From positions 5,277 through 69,276 of the IMG/VR virus record IMGVR_UViG_3300048837_001089: a DNA stretch of 64,000 nt; one strand, given 5' to 3'. A program made the translations under genes and the position numbers. Below are positions 45,300 to 54,977 of the stretch, one piece after another. The number at the start of each line of letters is the position of its first letter. Position 1 is the first letter of the stretch. The notes beneath the pieces are model-generated. The model was not told the origin of the DNA, did no database searches, and saw only the letters and a program-made list of their open reading frames with translations. The DNA comes from a virus.

Positions 45300-48087
45300 C
45301 GTCTAGTTCCTTCATCCAGTCTGGTTCTGGTGTGTTGTCGTTGGTGGCCGGCGTTGCGTTGTCGTTATGGGCGGCCGGGCGGGTGTCTTTCACGTCCCAA
45401 TATCGGGGGTTGGTTTGGTTGGGGGCGACCTTGATTTCCGCCGTGGGCAAAAGCTCTCTTTGCCGGTCCAAAAACTCCATTGCAGTCGTCGGAAAGGGGC
45501 GCTGCCCACCGTGCGTCAGCCACCACTTGTTTGTTTTGGTCTTGAAGTACCCGGTATGTGCCGGGCCCAGCCAATCATTGATGCCGGTAACACCGCAGAG
45601 GTAAGCAACTTTGATGCCGTCCGGCTTGCCGGTCTTCTGGTGCAGATAGAAGTTGCGGGAGGATACGGGGCGCCATGCGGCCGCCTCCGTGCTTAGTACG
45701 GGCGCGTCTGCTGCGGTGGCCGTGATGCTCACATTCTCGCTCGGCGGGAACACGTAGCCGCAGCAGTGGCACTCCTTGGCCGAAGCGTGGATAAGTTCGC
45801 CGCAACCGAAGCTCCCGTTCTTGTCGGCAACGTCTGGTGGGCAGACCTTACGGGGCGCCTCTCCATCGCCGCTGCCGGGGGCTTTCGGCCTGATCTGGTC
45901 GATAGGCCCGTGGTAGGCCAGGTTCTTGCCGTGGTCACTCACCAGACACTCCGTCTTGCCCGGGAAGTTTCGCGTCCCGCGACCGAGAATCTGGACCAGC
46001 TTACCGGCGCTTTTCGTGGACAGGATAAGACTGATGAAGTCTACGAACGGGAAATTGGTGCCCGTCGTGATCATTGAGACAGACGAGATGGCCCAATATT
46101 TTCCGGCCTTGAAGCCCTCGAAAATCTCTTTTGTCTGGTGCGCATTGTCACTGGTCAGGACGGCGCACGTCCGGCCGTGACGGCGTATGCAGTCGGCTAT
46201 GTGGCGCGCATTTTCCTTGCTGGTGCTGAAGAACAGGCCTGCCCGCCTCCCCACCGACATCGCCATGTCTTCGGCGACTGCATCCTCGATGATCCTTTCG
46301 GCGGCGGCCGAAAGCTGGCCCGGAATATACTCCCCTCCCCTACTGCCAACGCCCTTCAGGTCGATCTTGGCCGTCGTCTTGCTGCTGGTCAGCCGTGTCA
46401 GGAATCCTTGCTCGATCAAGTCGCCAATCATGGCCTCATAAACAACATCGTCAAACAACTTGAATCGAACCGGGTTGCCGTCGTCGTCAACCTCGCCATC
46501 GCTGTCTAGATCGTCAGTCAGCCGGCCCGAATCCATGCGGTAATCCGTGGCCGTAAGCCCGGCCGTTCGGCTGTCTGGATGAGCCTTGCGTACGTCGCGG
46601 AAGAACTTCCCGTATTGGGTGTTGGCGTTCCGGCTGATGGCGTGCGCCTCATCGACCAGGACAAGGTCGATTGGCCCCAGATGATCCACCTTATTCCAAA
46701 TAGACTGAATGCCGCAGAACAGAACCTGAGCGCGAGCATCGCGCCGATTGAGGCCGGCTGAGTAGATTCCTGCCGGGGCGAACGGTAGCAGCCCGATGAA
46801 TTCCTTGAAGTTCTGCTCTACCAAGCTCGCGCTATGGGTAACGTTGAGAATGCGCATGTCGGGATAGTCACGCAGAAGCTCCTCAATGATCTTCGCAATC
46901 ACCAAAGCCTTGCCTGAATTGTGGTGGACCGTGAAGTCGTCCGTTAGATACAGGTGATCCCCGTCAAGCTCGAAGCCGTAGAATTCACCCTCGCCAACAT
47001 GTTCAATCGTGAAGCCGGTCACAAGCGGGTTCTTCTTTTGCTGCCGGGGTTGCGATCTCTGGCGCTCGACACGATTGGGAATCATGTCGGTATCGCCAGA
47101 GATCGACACGCGCCAATAGGTCCCGCCGCCCCCTGTTTGGCAGTACTTTTGACATTCGGTTAGCTGCGCAGAGAGACCGACACTTCGCGCAACAAAAACC
47201 ACGTCACGCGACAGTGCTTCAGATTTCGATATGAAGTCGAAGTGGTTACGCTTAGACAGATGCCCATCTGTATCCAAAAGCCCGGCAAGGATTTCCAGGC
47301 GGGTCTTTCTGCTGCCCGTTTTATACACATGTGGTATGGCCTTCTGGTCGCATACCATTCCCCACACGCCCGCCGATTCTAGTGCCGCAACGAACCTATT
47401 CCGCGTCGATCTGTTGGCTTCGGCGTCGGGGAAGAAGACACCGTAGGCACGATTCCCGGGCTTCTGAGTTATGCGCATTCCAACGCCTACGGAGGCCGCA
47501 TAATCACAGACTTCACTCAGAACTTCCGGGTCCATGTTCGTCAGGCTAGCGCTTCGGGTCAGGCTCCCATCTCCGAGCATCGCGCCCACAACGTAGGCGG
47601 GCACGGGAAGGTTGTCATTTGCGGGAACATCGAACTCGACGCCCGTTCGCCATAGCTTGCGCAGGTGCTTCCAGTACTTCGCCTTACCGAGGTAGTCCTT
47701 GACGCTGATGTTCTCGATGTCGCCGCCGCGCTGAGAACAGCCGGGCCGGACCTCGTACTTCTTGCCTTCATTGGTTGTCTTCAGCGACAGTATGTGGTTT
47801 TCGTTCACCACGAACGGTTCACCACCGCGCTTCGGCGTGATGCGATACATAGGCTCGCGTCCGGTGATGGTCCGAAGCACGCGGCGCGGTCTGCTGTCCG
47901 GCCCCATAACGTTGTCATTGGCTGCTACGAGATCGACGGGCTTTGTCGTGCCGTCGTGCATGAGGATGCGCGTCCCGGCCGCGTGGCATCCAGTGGGGAG
48001 CACGATAAGGCCGTTGCCGCCGCCATTGCCCCAATATTCGTAGAGGGCATCCACGGCCTCACGCTGGTAGGGTCGAAGCTCCAACAT
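45283..48087 (-). CDS. SF2 (RadD-like) DNA helicase containing an intein
   Basis: LRPYQ, LPTG|SGK, DEAH, GLTAT, QILGRG, Zn ribbon. Confidence 0.92.
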   Translation of the reverse strand: MLELRPYQREAVDALYEYWGNGGGNGLIVLPTGCHAAGTRILMHDGTTKPVDLVAANDNVMGPDSRPRRVLRTITGREPMYRITPKRGGEPFVVNENHILSLKTTNEGKKYEVRPGCSQRGGDIENISVKDYLGKAKYWKHLRKLWRTGVEFDVPANDNLPVPAYVVGAMLGDGSLTRSASLTNMDPEVLSEVCDYAASVGVGMRITQKPGNRAYGVFFPDAEANRSTRNRFVAALESAGVWGMVCDQKAIPHVYKTGSRKTRLEILAGLLDTDGHLSKRNHFDFISKSEALSRDVVFVARSVGLSAQLTECQKYCQTGGGGTYWRVSISGDTDMIPNRVERQRSQPRQQKKNPLVTGFTIEHVGEGEFYGFELDGDHLYLTDDFTVHHNSGKALVIAKIIEELLRDYPDMRILNVTHSASLVEQNFKEFIGLLPFAPAGIYSAGLNRRDARAQVLFCGIQSIWNKVDHLGPIDLVLVDEAHAISRNANTQYGKFFRDVRKAHPDSRTAGLTATDYRMDSGRLTDDLDSDGEVDDDGNPVRFKLFDDVVYEAMIGDLIEQGFLTRLTSSKTTAKIDLKGVGSRGGEYIPGQLSAAAERIIEDAVAEDMAMSVGRRAGLFFSTSKENARHIADCIRRHGRTCAVLTSDNAHQTKEIFEGFKAGKYWAISSVSMITTGTNFPFVDFISLILSTKSAGKLVQILGRGTRNFPGKTECLVSDHGKNLAYHGPIDQIRPKAPGSGDGEAPRKVCPPDVADKNGSFGCGELIHASAKECHCCGYVFPPSENVSITATAADAPVLSTEAAAWRPVSSRNFYLHQKTGKPDGIKVAYLCGVTGINDWLGPAHTGYFKTKTNKWWLTHGGQRPFPTTAMEFLDRQRELLPTAEIKVAPNQTNPRYWDVKDTRPAAHNDNATPATNDNTPEPDWMKELDDAIPF
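46918..47988 (-). mobile_element. Intein (357 aa) with LAGLIDADG homing endonuclease, inserted in Walker A
   Basis: Begins CHAAGT, ends VHHN followed by Ser; GAMLGDG and LAGLLDTDG motifs. Confidence 0.93.
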
Positions 48088-48719
48088 CAAGCCGCCGCCC
48101 TTCCGCCCACGCGCCACCGCGGCTTTTCGGCGGTGGCCTGCCCGCGCGCCTTCTTCTCAAGCTGGCTTATGCGCTTGGTGTTGACGCCCATGCCTTCGCT
48201 GATCTCGTGCAATTCCTCGCCCATGGCGCGGCGCAGAAGAATGCCGCGCAGCCGGTCGGTCTTCACCTGTCCAAGTGCGTCGGCTACGGCTACGGCGTCT
48301 TCCTGATTTGGCGCGGAGTAGCCGGGTAATTGCCAGAAGTAGTCCGCGCCGTACTTCTTCTGACGTCGGGATTCGCGACCACAGCGCCTGCGCTCGACCG
48401 TCATGGTTGACCGCACCTGCCAGCGCAGCCACGTCGTGAAATTTGCATAGTCGCCGGCAGGGTTGCGGAAGCCTTGCCAGTTGCCGAAAATGACGGTCAG
48501 GGCCTCCTGTATGAAGTCGGCGCGCTTTGGCTCATCGACATACCTGCGCGACATGACCTCTATCATAGGCATGTGCGCCATGACGCGGCGGTCAAACTCC
48601 GCGGGGCGGTCTGCTGGCGTGCTGCCTACCGGCAGGCTGTCGTTCGCGGGTGGGCCGCTGTCGGGGGCGCCGCTGTCGGGGGCGGCGCTGGCGGGTGTCA
48701 TGCTTTCGGCGTGTATCAT
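48087..48719 (-). CDS. Phage-encoded sigma70/ECF-like factor
   Basis: DFIQEA...FTTWL (region 2) and GEELHEISEGMGVNTKRISQL (region 4). Confidence 0.75.
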   Translation of the reverse strand: MIHAESMTPASAAPDSGAPDSGPPANDSLPVGSTPADRPAEFDRRVMAHMPMIEVMSRRYVDEPKRADFIQEALTVIFGNWQGFRNPAGDYANFTTWLRWQVRSTMTVERRRCGRESRRQKKYGADYFWQLPGYSAPNQEDAVAVADALGQVKTDRLRGILLRRAMGEELHEISEGMGVNTKRISQLEKKARGQATAEKPRWRVGGRAAA

Positions 48720-49738
48720 GTTGCTACCTCGATATTATCCGTGCGGCCGTCCACCCACGTGCTGCCGTCAGCCATGCGGTAGGTGATTGTCTCTGCGGCT
48801 TCGTCCACCTCCAGCAACTCGCCGGGGACTAGTGCGGGAATAAACAGATGGGCCGGGCAGGATGCTTTCTGCTCGTCAGTCCCGATTGGCTTCGCCCAAC
48901 GGGCGCACGACCATGCGGCGTCGCCGTGCATTTCCGGCGTCGAGTGCAAGCATGTGCGGCAACTGACGCGAGCCATCGCTCCGGCGTGGCAGACGTCGCG
49001 GTGGCGACAGAATCGGCATTGGAAAAACTCCGGGTTATCCGAGATGCGTGAAGGCGGCTCGGCAGCGTTGATTATGCGCTCGGCTCGCGCCAGCGCGCGC
49101 AGCGTCCAATCGGCGTCGTAGTGGACGCGCTCGGCGTAGAGCGTGTCGGTGTTTTTGCACGCGGCCAGATAGAGCGCGCGCGTCAGACCGAAGGCGTGCA
49201 TCCCAAGCTGACACTGGCCGTAGTGCAGCGGCTTGCTGACCTTGATGCCCTGCCCCTGCTGACCGCCGACCGGCTGGCCGGCGATGGTGGTCTTCTCCGG
49301 GTATGTCTTGCGCGGGTCGTGCTTCTGAAGCTCCTTCATGCCCTTTTCATTGGTGGACTTGAACTCCAGAAGGTGCTCGGTCTTGGGCGCCTCCGGTACG
49401 CCCACCGCCTTGCCGTCGCACTTTCCGCGGACGTGGTTGCCTACGAGCCGGATACGGTCCTGCTGGCCGTAGACCTCGACGCCGATGCGCTCCAGTTCCT
49501 CGACGAGCCTGTCTTCCTCGCGGTTGCCGGTATCGAACAGCCGCAGTTTGCGGCCGTCCAGTTGCTCCGGTTGCGACGCCCACCGAAAGCCGAGCCACAG
49601 GGCTTTGTCGCACTCTGTACCGGCCTCACCGACGCTGATGCCGAGGCTGTCATAGTGACGGTGTGCGGCCTCGTATGCGGCATAGATCGCGGCGACGGTC
49701 GGCGTTTCGGCCGGCAGGTCGGTGGGGATGGTCGGCAT
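48716..49738 (-). CDS. Cas4-like PD-(D/E)XK exonuclease
   Basis: C...GKCDG, LEFKS, HYGQ, CRFC...C. Confidence 0.85.
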   Translation of the reverse strand: MPTIPTDLPAETPTVAAIYAAYEAAHRHYDSLGISVGEAGTECDKALWLGFRWASQPEQLDGRKLRLFDTGNREEDRLVEELERIGVEVYGQQDRIRLVGNHVRGKCDGKAVGVPEAPKTEHLLEFKSTNEKGMKELQKHDPRKTYPEKTTIAGQPVGGQQGQGIKVSKPLHYGQCQLGMHAFGLTRALYLAACKNTDTLYAERVHYDADWTLRALARAERIINAAEPPSRISDNPEFFQCRFCRHRDVCHAGAMARVSCRTCLHSTPEMHGDAAWSCARWAKPIGTDEQKASCPAHLFIPALVPGELLEVDEAAETITYRMADGSTWVDGRTDNIEVAT

Positions 49739-49978
49739 TTAGGTGGTGGACTCCGAGTTGCTTTCGCCTTCCCAAGCTACTGAGTGACCAAGAAGCTTCA
49801 GAATGTGGAGGTACACCTGGTCATCGGTGTAAGACTGATCGTCGTAGCAATGGGCGTGCGGCTCCAACTCAAGAACGATTTCACCGTCAATGGAAACACG
49901 AGCGCCTTCTGCGTAAGACACTCCGCAAGCTTCGCATTTGTACTCGTCTTGGAGCCTCTCGATATGGATTTTGCTCAT
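49739..49978 (-). CDS. Hypothetical protein
   Basis: CEACG; coupled. Confidence 0.6.
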   Translation of the reverse strand: MSKIHIERLQDEYKCEACGVSYAEGARVSIDGEIVLELEPHAHCYDDQSYTDDQVYLHILKLLGHSVAWEGESNSESTT

Positions 49979-50235
49979 GCTGTTGCTCCTATGGATGCTG
50001 GCGCGCCAGGCGCGTGGACCGCGACCTGCACGCCAAGCGCGTTGGCTAGAAAGTTGCGGAAGGGGGAGATGGGCGCGTCTGGATCAAACATTCGGTACTG
50101 GCCGTCGCACTCGGTGATATCCGCCCATTTCCTGTTGACGACGCGGTCCAGCAACAGATCGGCGTCTTCGTGATTTCCGGCGCGCAGTTCGCTCAAAGCC
50201 AAGCAAATCAGGTCGTAAACATCCTCGTCCATCAC
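49975..50235 (-). CDS. Hypothetical protein
   Basis: Coupled overlaps. Confidence 0.55.
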   Translation of the reverse strand: MMDEDVYDLICLALSELRAGNHEDADLLLDRVVNRKWADITECDGQYRMFDPDAPISPFRNFLANALGVQVAVHAPGAPASIGATA

Positions 50236-51299
50236 CCCACCCTCATCGGCATGGCGACGACGCGCAGGTTGTCATTGGCGGGGCTGGTAAACAGCACGGG
50301 GCTGCCTGCATCCGCCAGCGCGATGCGCACCTGCCCGTCCGGCATGGCCGTCAGCACGTCCGACAGGTATTGTGCGTTGAGGCCGACCTCGACAGGGTCG
50401 TTGCTATACTCGCAAGCAACGGAGTCCGACGCCTCACCAGCCCCACGTGCCGTCAGGTCGATGGAGTCGTTTGCGGCGGACAACTTTACGCTGCGCCCTC
50501 GCTCGTTGGAAATCAGCACGACGCGATTTGCGGCAGCCCGCAGGGTGCCAGCATCGACAGCGATGATCTTGTCGTTGTTTCGCGGAATGACCCGCTCATA
50601 GTCGGGGAACGTGCCATCGATAAGCTTAGACGTAATCACCACGTCGCCGGACGTCAGGCGAATCTTGGTCGACGACAACTCGACCCTGATGTCGCCGGAC
50701 GGGATAAGGCCGACCGTCTTGGCCGGCACGATGACCGCCGGAAACTCGTCGGCTAGCGGCGCGCTATGCACCGACATGCGATGCCCATCCGTAGCGACCG
50801 CCACGATGTTGCCGTCCAGGGGGCGAAGATAGACGCCGTTCAGGTAGTAGCGCACCTCCTCGTCGGACATCGCGAACTTCACCGGCGCCACCAGCGCCGC
50901 CAGGTTGATGTTGAATGCAGCCGGCAAATCGCCGGCCGGCATGTCCGGGAAGTCGTCGACCGGAAGCGTCTCAAGCTTGAAGCGTGACTTGCCGGCCCGC
51001 AGCACGACACCGCCGTCTGCGTCCGCGTCAATGGACACCTCGCCGCCGGCGACCTTGTTGACGATGCCGGTAAGCAGCTTTGCGTCGATGCAGACGGCGA
51101 TGTCGCCGGCTCCGCCAAGGCCGGTTTCGGCGTCGATACTGCCGGACACTTCGATGTCCAAATCTGTCGCGGTGACGGCCAGCCTGTTGTCGGCCGCGAC
51201 GAGACGAACCGTCGTCAGGATGGGGATGGTGTTGCGCGCTTCGACAACCTTGGCGGTGTCGGCAAGCAGGCGCGCGAATGCATGGCGTTCTACACGCAT
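50232..51299 (-). CDS. dnaN: DNA polymerase III beta sliding clamp
   Basis: RNTIPIL, ATDLD, RYYLNGV, ATDGHR, KLIDGTFPDY, MPMR. Confidence 0.95.
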   Translation of the reverse strand: MRVERHAFARLLADTAKVVEARNTIPILTTVRLVAADNRLAVTATDLDIEVSGSIDAETGLGGAGDIAVCIDAKLLTGIVNKVAGGEVSIDADADGGVVLRAGKSRFKLETLPVDDFPDMPAGDLPAAFNINLAALVAPVKFAMSDEEVRYYLNGVYLRPLDGNIVAVATDGHRMSVHSAPLADEFPAVIVPAKTVGLIPSGDIRVELSSTKIRLTSGDVVITSKLIDGTFPDYERVIPRNNDKIIAVDAGTLRAAANRVVLISNERGRSVKLSAANDSIDLTARGAGEASDSVACEYSNDPVEVGLNAQYLSDVLTAMPDGQVRIALADAGSPVLFTSPANDNLRVVAMPMRVG

Positions 51300-51363
51300 G
51301 GTATAACTCCGTGTTTGGAAGGGTGGCGGGCCGAAGCCCGCCATAACGACCGCGTGGGGTTTG

Positions 51364-51978
51364 CTACGCCGCCCGCTTGGAGCCCCACGGCGTCTTTGCC
51401 GTGCCGCCTGCGGGTTGTGCCGTGGCCGCTGGCTGCGCCGCCTGACGGTTGTCATTGGCCGGCTTGGCGGCCTTTGCGGGCATCGTGCCGTCGCCGATGA
51501 CACCAAGCTCCGGCAGTTCCTCCTTGGCGTTGTCGTCTTCGTAGAAGAAGTGCTCGATCTGGTTCTTGTCCTTGTAGTATTCGCCGCTGCCGTCGTTCTT
51601 CGGCTGGCCGGCCTGAATGCCGATCTCAGCCACGAATGACTTGTAGAGCAGTTCGTCGTGGCTCATGCCCCGCTGGACGATCACCTGCACTGCGCGACAG
51701 AAGCGGTCGAACATGGGCTTGCCGTAGCGATACGCGCCGTTCTTGAACTCGTCCGCGTGCAACATTGTATAGTACGCCCAGAATTTCCGGCCCTTGAACT
51801 CTTCGGGCTCCTGCACCTCGAAGGTGATTGCGGCCTGCCGGCCTTTGCCGTCCTTGGTTTCCGGGAAGTCGATGGCCTCGGCCCAAATCCGCGCGTACAT
51901 ATGCGGGATGATGCCGCCCCCGCCCTGCTTGTCGGTGGATTCAAAGTCGTGGCTGATGTCGAAATCGATAACTGACAT
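51364..51978 (-). CDS. ssDNA-binding protein (DUF669-like)
   Basis: FEV...FKGRKFW...KNQI; downstream of Sak4. Confidence 0.7.
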   Translation of the reverse strand: MSVIDFDISHDFESTDKQGGGGIIPHMYARIWAEAIDFPETKDGKGRQAAITFEVQEPEEFKGRKFWAYYTMLHADEFKNGAYRYGKPMFDRFCRAVQVIVQRGMSHDELLYKSFVAEIGIQAGQPKNDGSGEYYKDKNQIEHFFYEDDNAKEELPELGVIGDGTMPAKAAKPANDNRQAAQPAATAQPAGGTAKTPWGSKRAA

Positions 51979-52017
51979 GAATGTGTGGTCCTTTTGTTTT
52001 TCTGGTGGAGTGCCGGG

Positions 52018-52278
52018 CTAGGCGGACTTGGCGGTCCTGGCGTGAGTGACGCCGCGGAAGAACGCCCCCATGAAGCCGAGTGCCGCTCCGACCTGCCAAA
52101 GCTCAAGACCGATGGTGTTGACACCGGCGCGGTGCAGAAAGCCGAGGATGGTTTCGGTGAAGAACAGCCCGACGACCCAGCCCGTAAACGCACCCAAGAG
52201 CGTTGTGGTCAGCGGGAGGATGAGCAGCGTGACTGCCACAAGCAGGGTAACGCCGGTCAGTTTTGTGAATGCGGTCAT
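52018..52278 (-). CDS. Membrane protein
   Basis: Hydrophobic; WQVGAALGFMGAFF. Confidence 0.65.
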   Translation of the reverse strand: MTAFTKLTGVTLLVAVTLLILPLTTTLLGAFTGWVVGLFFTETILGFLHRAGVNTIGLELWQVGAALGFMGAFFRGVTHARTAKSA

Positions 52279-52284
52279 ATTCGG

Positions 52285-52452
52285 TCAGTCTCCCCAGAGA
52301 AAGTATGTGTCGCCGATGATAAGGCCGTAGAGTGCAGCCGTGGCCGCAAATACATAGATGGCCGCTGCCAGTCCGATGCCGTCGATCACAAGCCCGATGA
52401 TGATAAGCGCCGCAGCAATCAGCATTGCCGCGCCGAGGTAGACGTGGGTCAC
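52285..52452 (-). CDS. Small 2-TM protein (absent from the ORF track)
   Basis: GTG start overlapping the Sak4 stop; 55 mostly hydrophobic residues. Confidence 0.5.
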   Translation of the reverse strand: MTHVYLGAAMLIAAALIIIGLVIDGIGLAAAIYVFAATAALYGLIIGDTYFLWGD

Positions 52453-53264
52453 GCCGCATCCGCTTCGTCGTCGTTATCGTTGTCCGCCACGACGGCATTG
52501 CGCTGGAAGTAGAAGTCCAGCGCCTTGAAGCCCTCGCCGCGCTTGAATGGCAGCGTGCCCTTTTCAATGCCGTAGCGATTACCGGCAATGAAGCCGGGCC
52601 GCTCCTGCACTGCGATCAGGATTTCACCACCACCGACGCCCCGCGTCTTCTGCTTATTGAAGCCCGCGTCCTCCTTCTTGATGCTGACGGCCTGATGCAG
52701 GAAGCCGATAAGGTCGGCTGCGTCGATAAGCACCCCGACCGCGTCATCGCGCAGGTTTGGCATGTAGCGCGGGTAACTGTCGGTCGTGACGCCGGGGACG
52801 GTCTTCGCCTTGACGTGGCAAATGACCACCACGTAGAAGCCGGCCTCCTTCAGTTCGAGCATCTTGCCGACGAAATCATGCCAAGTTTCCAGCGCCTTGG
52901 CGTATCCCTTGCCGTATGGGATGTCCTCGATGCTGGCGACCTTCGCTTCCTCGCACACCTTGTCGTGGATTTTCTGCTCAAGCCCGTCCGCGGAATCCAG
53001 CACGAAGGTCTTGCGGTCGTGCTCGGTCTGCAGCATCCAGTCAGCCTGGTCGAGGATGTCCTGATAGGACTCCGACACGCCGAAGGATTTCATGGTCACA
53101 CCGGCCGGGGCGCGCTCGCCTTTACCGGTGCGGACGTAAAGCGGGCTGGGAAACTCGCTCGCCAGCGTGGTCTTGCCGGTTTTTGCGCCGGCATAAAGCA
53201 CGCAGAAGGCCGGCTCGGTATCGGCCGTTTCCTCTGGTGATCCGTCATTCCAGTTTAGCGCCAT
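52449..53264 (-). CDS. Sak4-like AAA_24 recombinase
   Basis: YAGAKTGKTT, VLDSAD, YGKGY, ICH. Confidence 0.88.
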   Translation of the reverse strand: MALNWNDGSPEETADTEPAFCVLYAGAKTGKTTLASEFPSPLYVRTGKGERAPAGVTMKSFGVSESYQDILDQADWMLQTEHDRKTFVLDSADGLEQKIHDKVCEEAKVASIEDIPYGKGYAKALETWHDFVGKMLELKEAGFYVVVICHVKAKTVPGVTTDSYPRYMPNLRDDAVGVLIDAADLIGFLHQAVSIKKEDAGFNKQKTRGVGGGEILIAVQERPGFIAGNRYGIEKGTLPFKRGEGFKALDFYFQRNAVVADNDNDDEADAA

Positions 53265-53338
53265 ATCAGGCCACCACCTTCCACAAGATCAGAATTGCTA
53301 TGGTTGCTGCGCTCGCCCAGAAGGCGAGCGGCCACGGG

Positions 53339-53515
53339 TCAGGCGCGGTCACGGCCGGCCCACAGTGCTGTTGCCACGCCGGCCACGAAGGCCGCCGTAA
53401 TCCAGGGCGCGACCCACAGGCCGGCAATGACGCCGGCCGCTATCAGCCCCAAAACCCAATAGGGCGGTGAGGTGTGGGGCTCGTACGGCTCGCCGTCCTC
53501 GATGAGGTGTTCCAT
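53339..53515 (-). CDS. Small membrane protein
   Basis: TGATG-coupled start; hydrophobic 58 aa. Confidence 0.45.
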   Translation of the reverse strand: MEHLIEDGEPYEPHTSPPYWVLGLIAAGVIAGLWVAPWITAAFVAGVATALWAGRDRA

Positions 53516-53850
53516 CAGCCGGCACCTCCAATGGCGGACTGGCGTCCGGCGGCGAAGCCCTGCGCGTAGGCGGTGCCGACCAGTAAGGCGACCTCATCCT
53601 CGCTGTCGGCGCCGAACGGGCCGTATTCATCCCGCAGATTATCGACTTCGGCGGCGGCGCAGGCTTTGGGCGGGTCTGTCCATTCAGCCACAAGGGCCAG
53701 CCCGCTGCCACCGAGTGTGGAAAACCCGTCGTCATCCCACGACCCGATTGGAGCGCCATTAACCCACCCGCCGCGGACTGCCCTGTACATCGGGCCGACC
53801 CTGCGCCCGTCACGGGTGACATAATATTTCCCCTGCTCGATCTGCATCAC
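53515..53850 (-). CDS. Hypothetical protein
   Basis: IEQGKYYVTRDGR...LVAEW motif. Confidence 0.7.
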   Translation of the reverse strand: MMQIEQGKYYVTRDGRRVGPMYRAVRGGWVNGAPIGSWDDDGFSTLGGSGLALVAEWTDPPKACAAAEVDNLRDEYGPFGADSEDEVALLVGTAYAQGFAAGRQSAIGGAG

Positions 53851-54248
53851 GCGGCGCCTCGCGTTTTTGCGACACGCAGATCGCGGGCCTTTGTGAAGTC
53901 GATAAGCTCGCCGCCCGTCTTTTTGGCGTTGTCATTGGCCGCTGCGCCGTTGTCACCGGCGGCGGACTCCCCGTCGAAGGGCTCAAGCTCGGAAGGGTCA
54001 ATGGGGGCCAGCGTCGCCCCGAAGAACGGCATGATTGCGCCGCTGCCGGCAAGCTGCACGTGGTACTGCAGGCCCATCACGTCGGACCCGACGACGATGC
54101 CGAAGACGTTGGTGTTGAGCTTGAACTCCACCCAATCGCCGTAGTCGTAATATCTGTCCGGGTCGTATGCCGTCGTGCCGACCTCGGCACGGCTGTTTCC
54201 GTGGTTGCCGTGGCCTGGCCTGCTGCCGGATTTGTCGTGGTTGCTCAT
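53847..54248 (-). CDS. Hypothetical protein (SH3-like)
   Basis: GDWVEFK...GIVVG; coupled. Confidence 0.65.
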   Translation of the reverse strand: MSNHDKSGSRPGHGNHGNSRAEVGTTAYDPDRYYDYGDWVEFKLNTNVFGIVVGSDVMGLQYHVQLAGSGAIMPFFGATLAPIDPSELEPFDGESAAGDNGAAANDNAKKTGGELIDFTKARDLRVAKTRGAA

Positions 54249-54475
54249 GCTGCCTCCAAAAGCGAAACTGCCGGGAGTGTAACGTCGACGTAGTTGAATG
54301 TCGTGGAGCAGAAGCCGCCTTCGGATGAGCGGTTCCAGACGCGCTTCGTCATGGTGCCCGGCCTACTGCGTCTTGGCCTTTCAAAGTAGGCCCTCGGTGC
54401 TCCGGGTGTTGATAGGTAGTAATCGGGCAAATAAGCCCCGGACGGCGCTGACGGCCGCCATGTTGCACGTGCCAT
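54245..54475 (-). CDS. Hypothetical protein
   Basis: First gene after promoter copy 2; ends VTLPAVSLLEAA. Confidence 0.55.
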   Translation of the reverse strand: MARATWRPSAPSGAYLPDYYLSTPGAPRAYFERPRRSRPGTMTKRVWNRSSEGGFCSTTFNYVDVTLPAVSLLEAA

Positions 54476-54540
54476 TTGTCGTGCCTTGAACTAGTGTTCG
54501 GGGGTGGGGTTTAGCCGGCCTTGTCGGCGGGTCTTATTTT

Positions 54541-54578
54541 TGATTACGGGTAATTTGATTCAGATATGCAAGCGGTTT
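54541..54578 (-). promoter_or_regulatory. Phage promoter motif, copy 2
   Basis: Same 21-bp and 11-bp blocks and spacing as 9656-9693. Confidence 0.65.
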
Positions 54579-54619
54579 TTTTGGTGTTGGGGTTGTTTGG
54601 CTGGCTGCTGCCCACCGGG

Positions 54620-54973
54620 CTAGCACCAGGGCTCCCGGCGGCCCGTCCACGTGCGGGCAAGGCCGGCGGCTACTAGCTGGTCGCCTACGTCACGGCCGTC
54701 GACCGTGATAAACGCGAGCGTCCTGCGGTACTTGTCGAGCTTGTGGCGCGTGATGACCACCTTCCCGCTTGCCAGAATGGCGGCAAGACGCGCCTTGGCG
54801 CGCTGTGCCAGCCGGGTTTCGTAATCGCACCGGCCGTTTATTTCCGGCGCGTCGATATTGGCGATGCGCACGCTTTCGGCGCCGATGCGGATGCTGTCGC
54901 CGTCCCACACCTTGACCTGCGTCGGGGTGCAAAGGTTGGCGCAAATCAGGGCTGTGATGATGGTGTGGGTCAT
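54620..54973 (-). CDS. Thermonuclease (SNase family)
   Basis: WDGDSI, RIANIDAPE, DKYRRTLA, GLAR. Confidence 0.92.
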   Translation of the reverse strand: MTHTIITALICANLCTPTQVKVWDGDSIRIGAESVRIANIDAPEINGRCDYETRLAQRAKARLAAILASGKVVITRHKLDKYRRTLAFITVDGRDVGDQLVAAGLARTWTGRREPWC

Positions 54974-54977
54974 GAGG

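Noticed and set aside
48716-49738. Cas4-like gene as part of CRISPR or spacer acquisition
   Set aside because: It sits in the usual Sak4/SSB/helicase recombination block, and nothing in the sequence links it to the arrays
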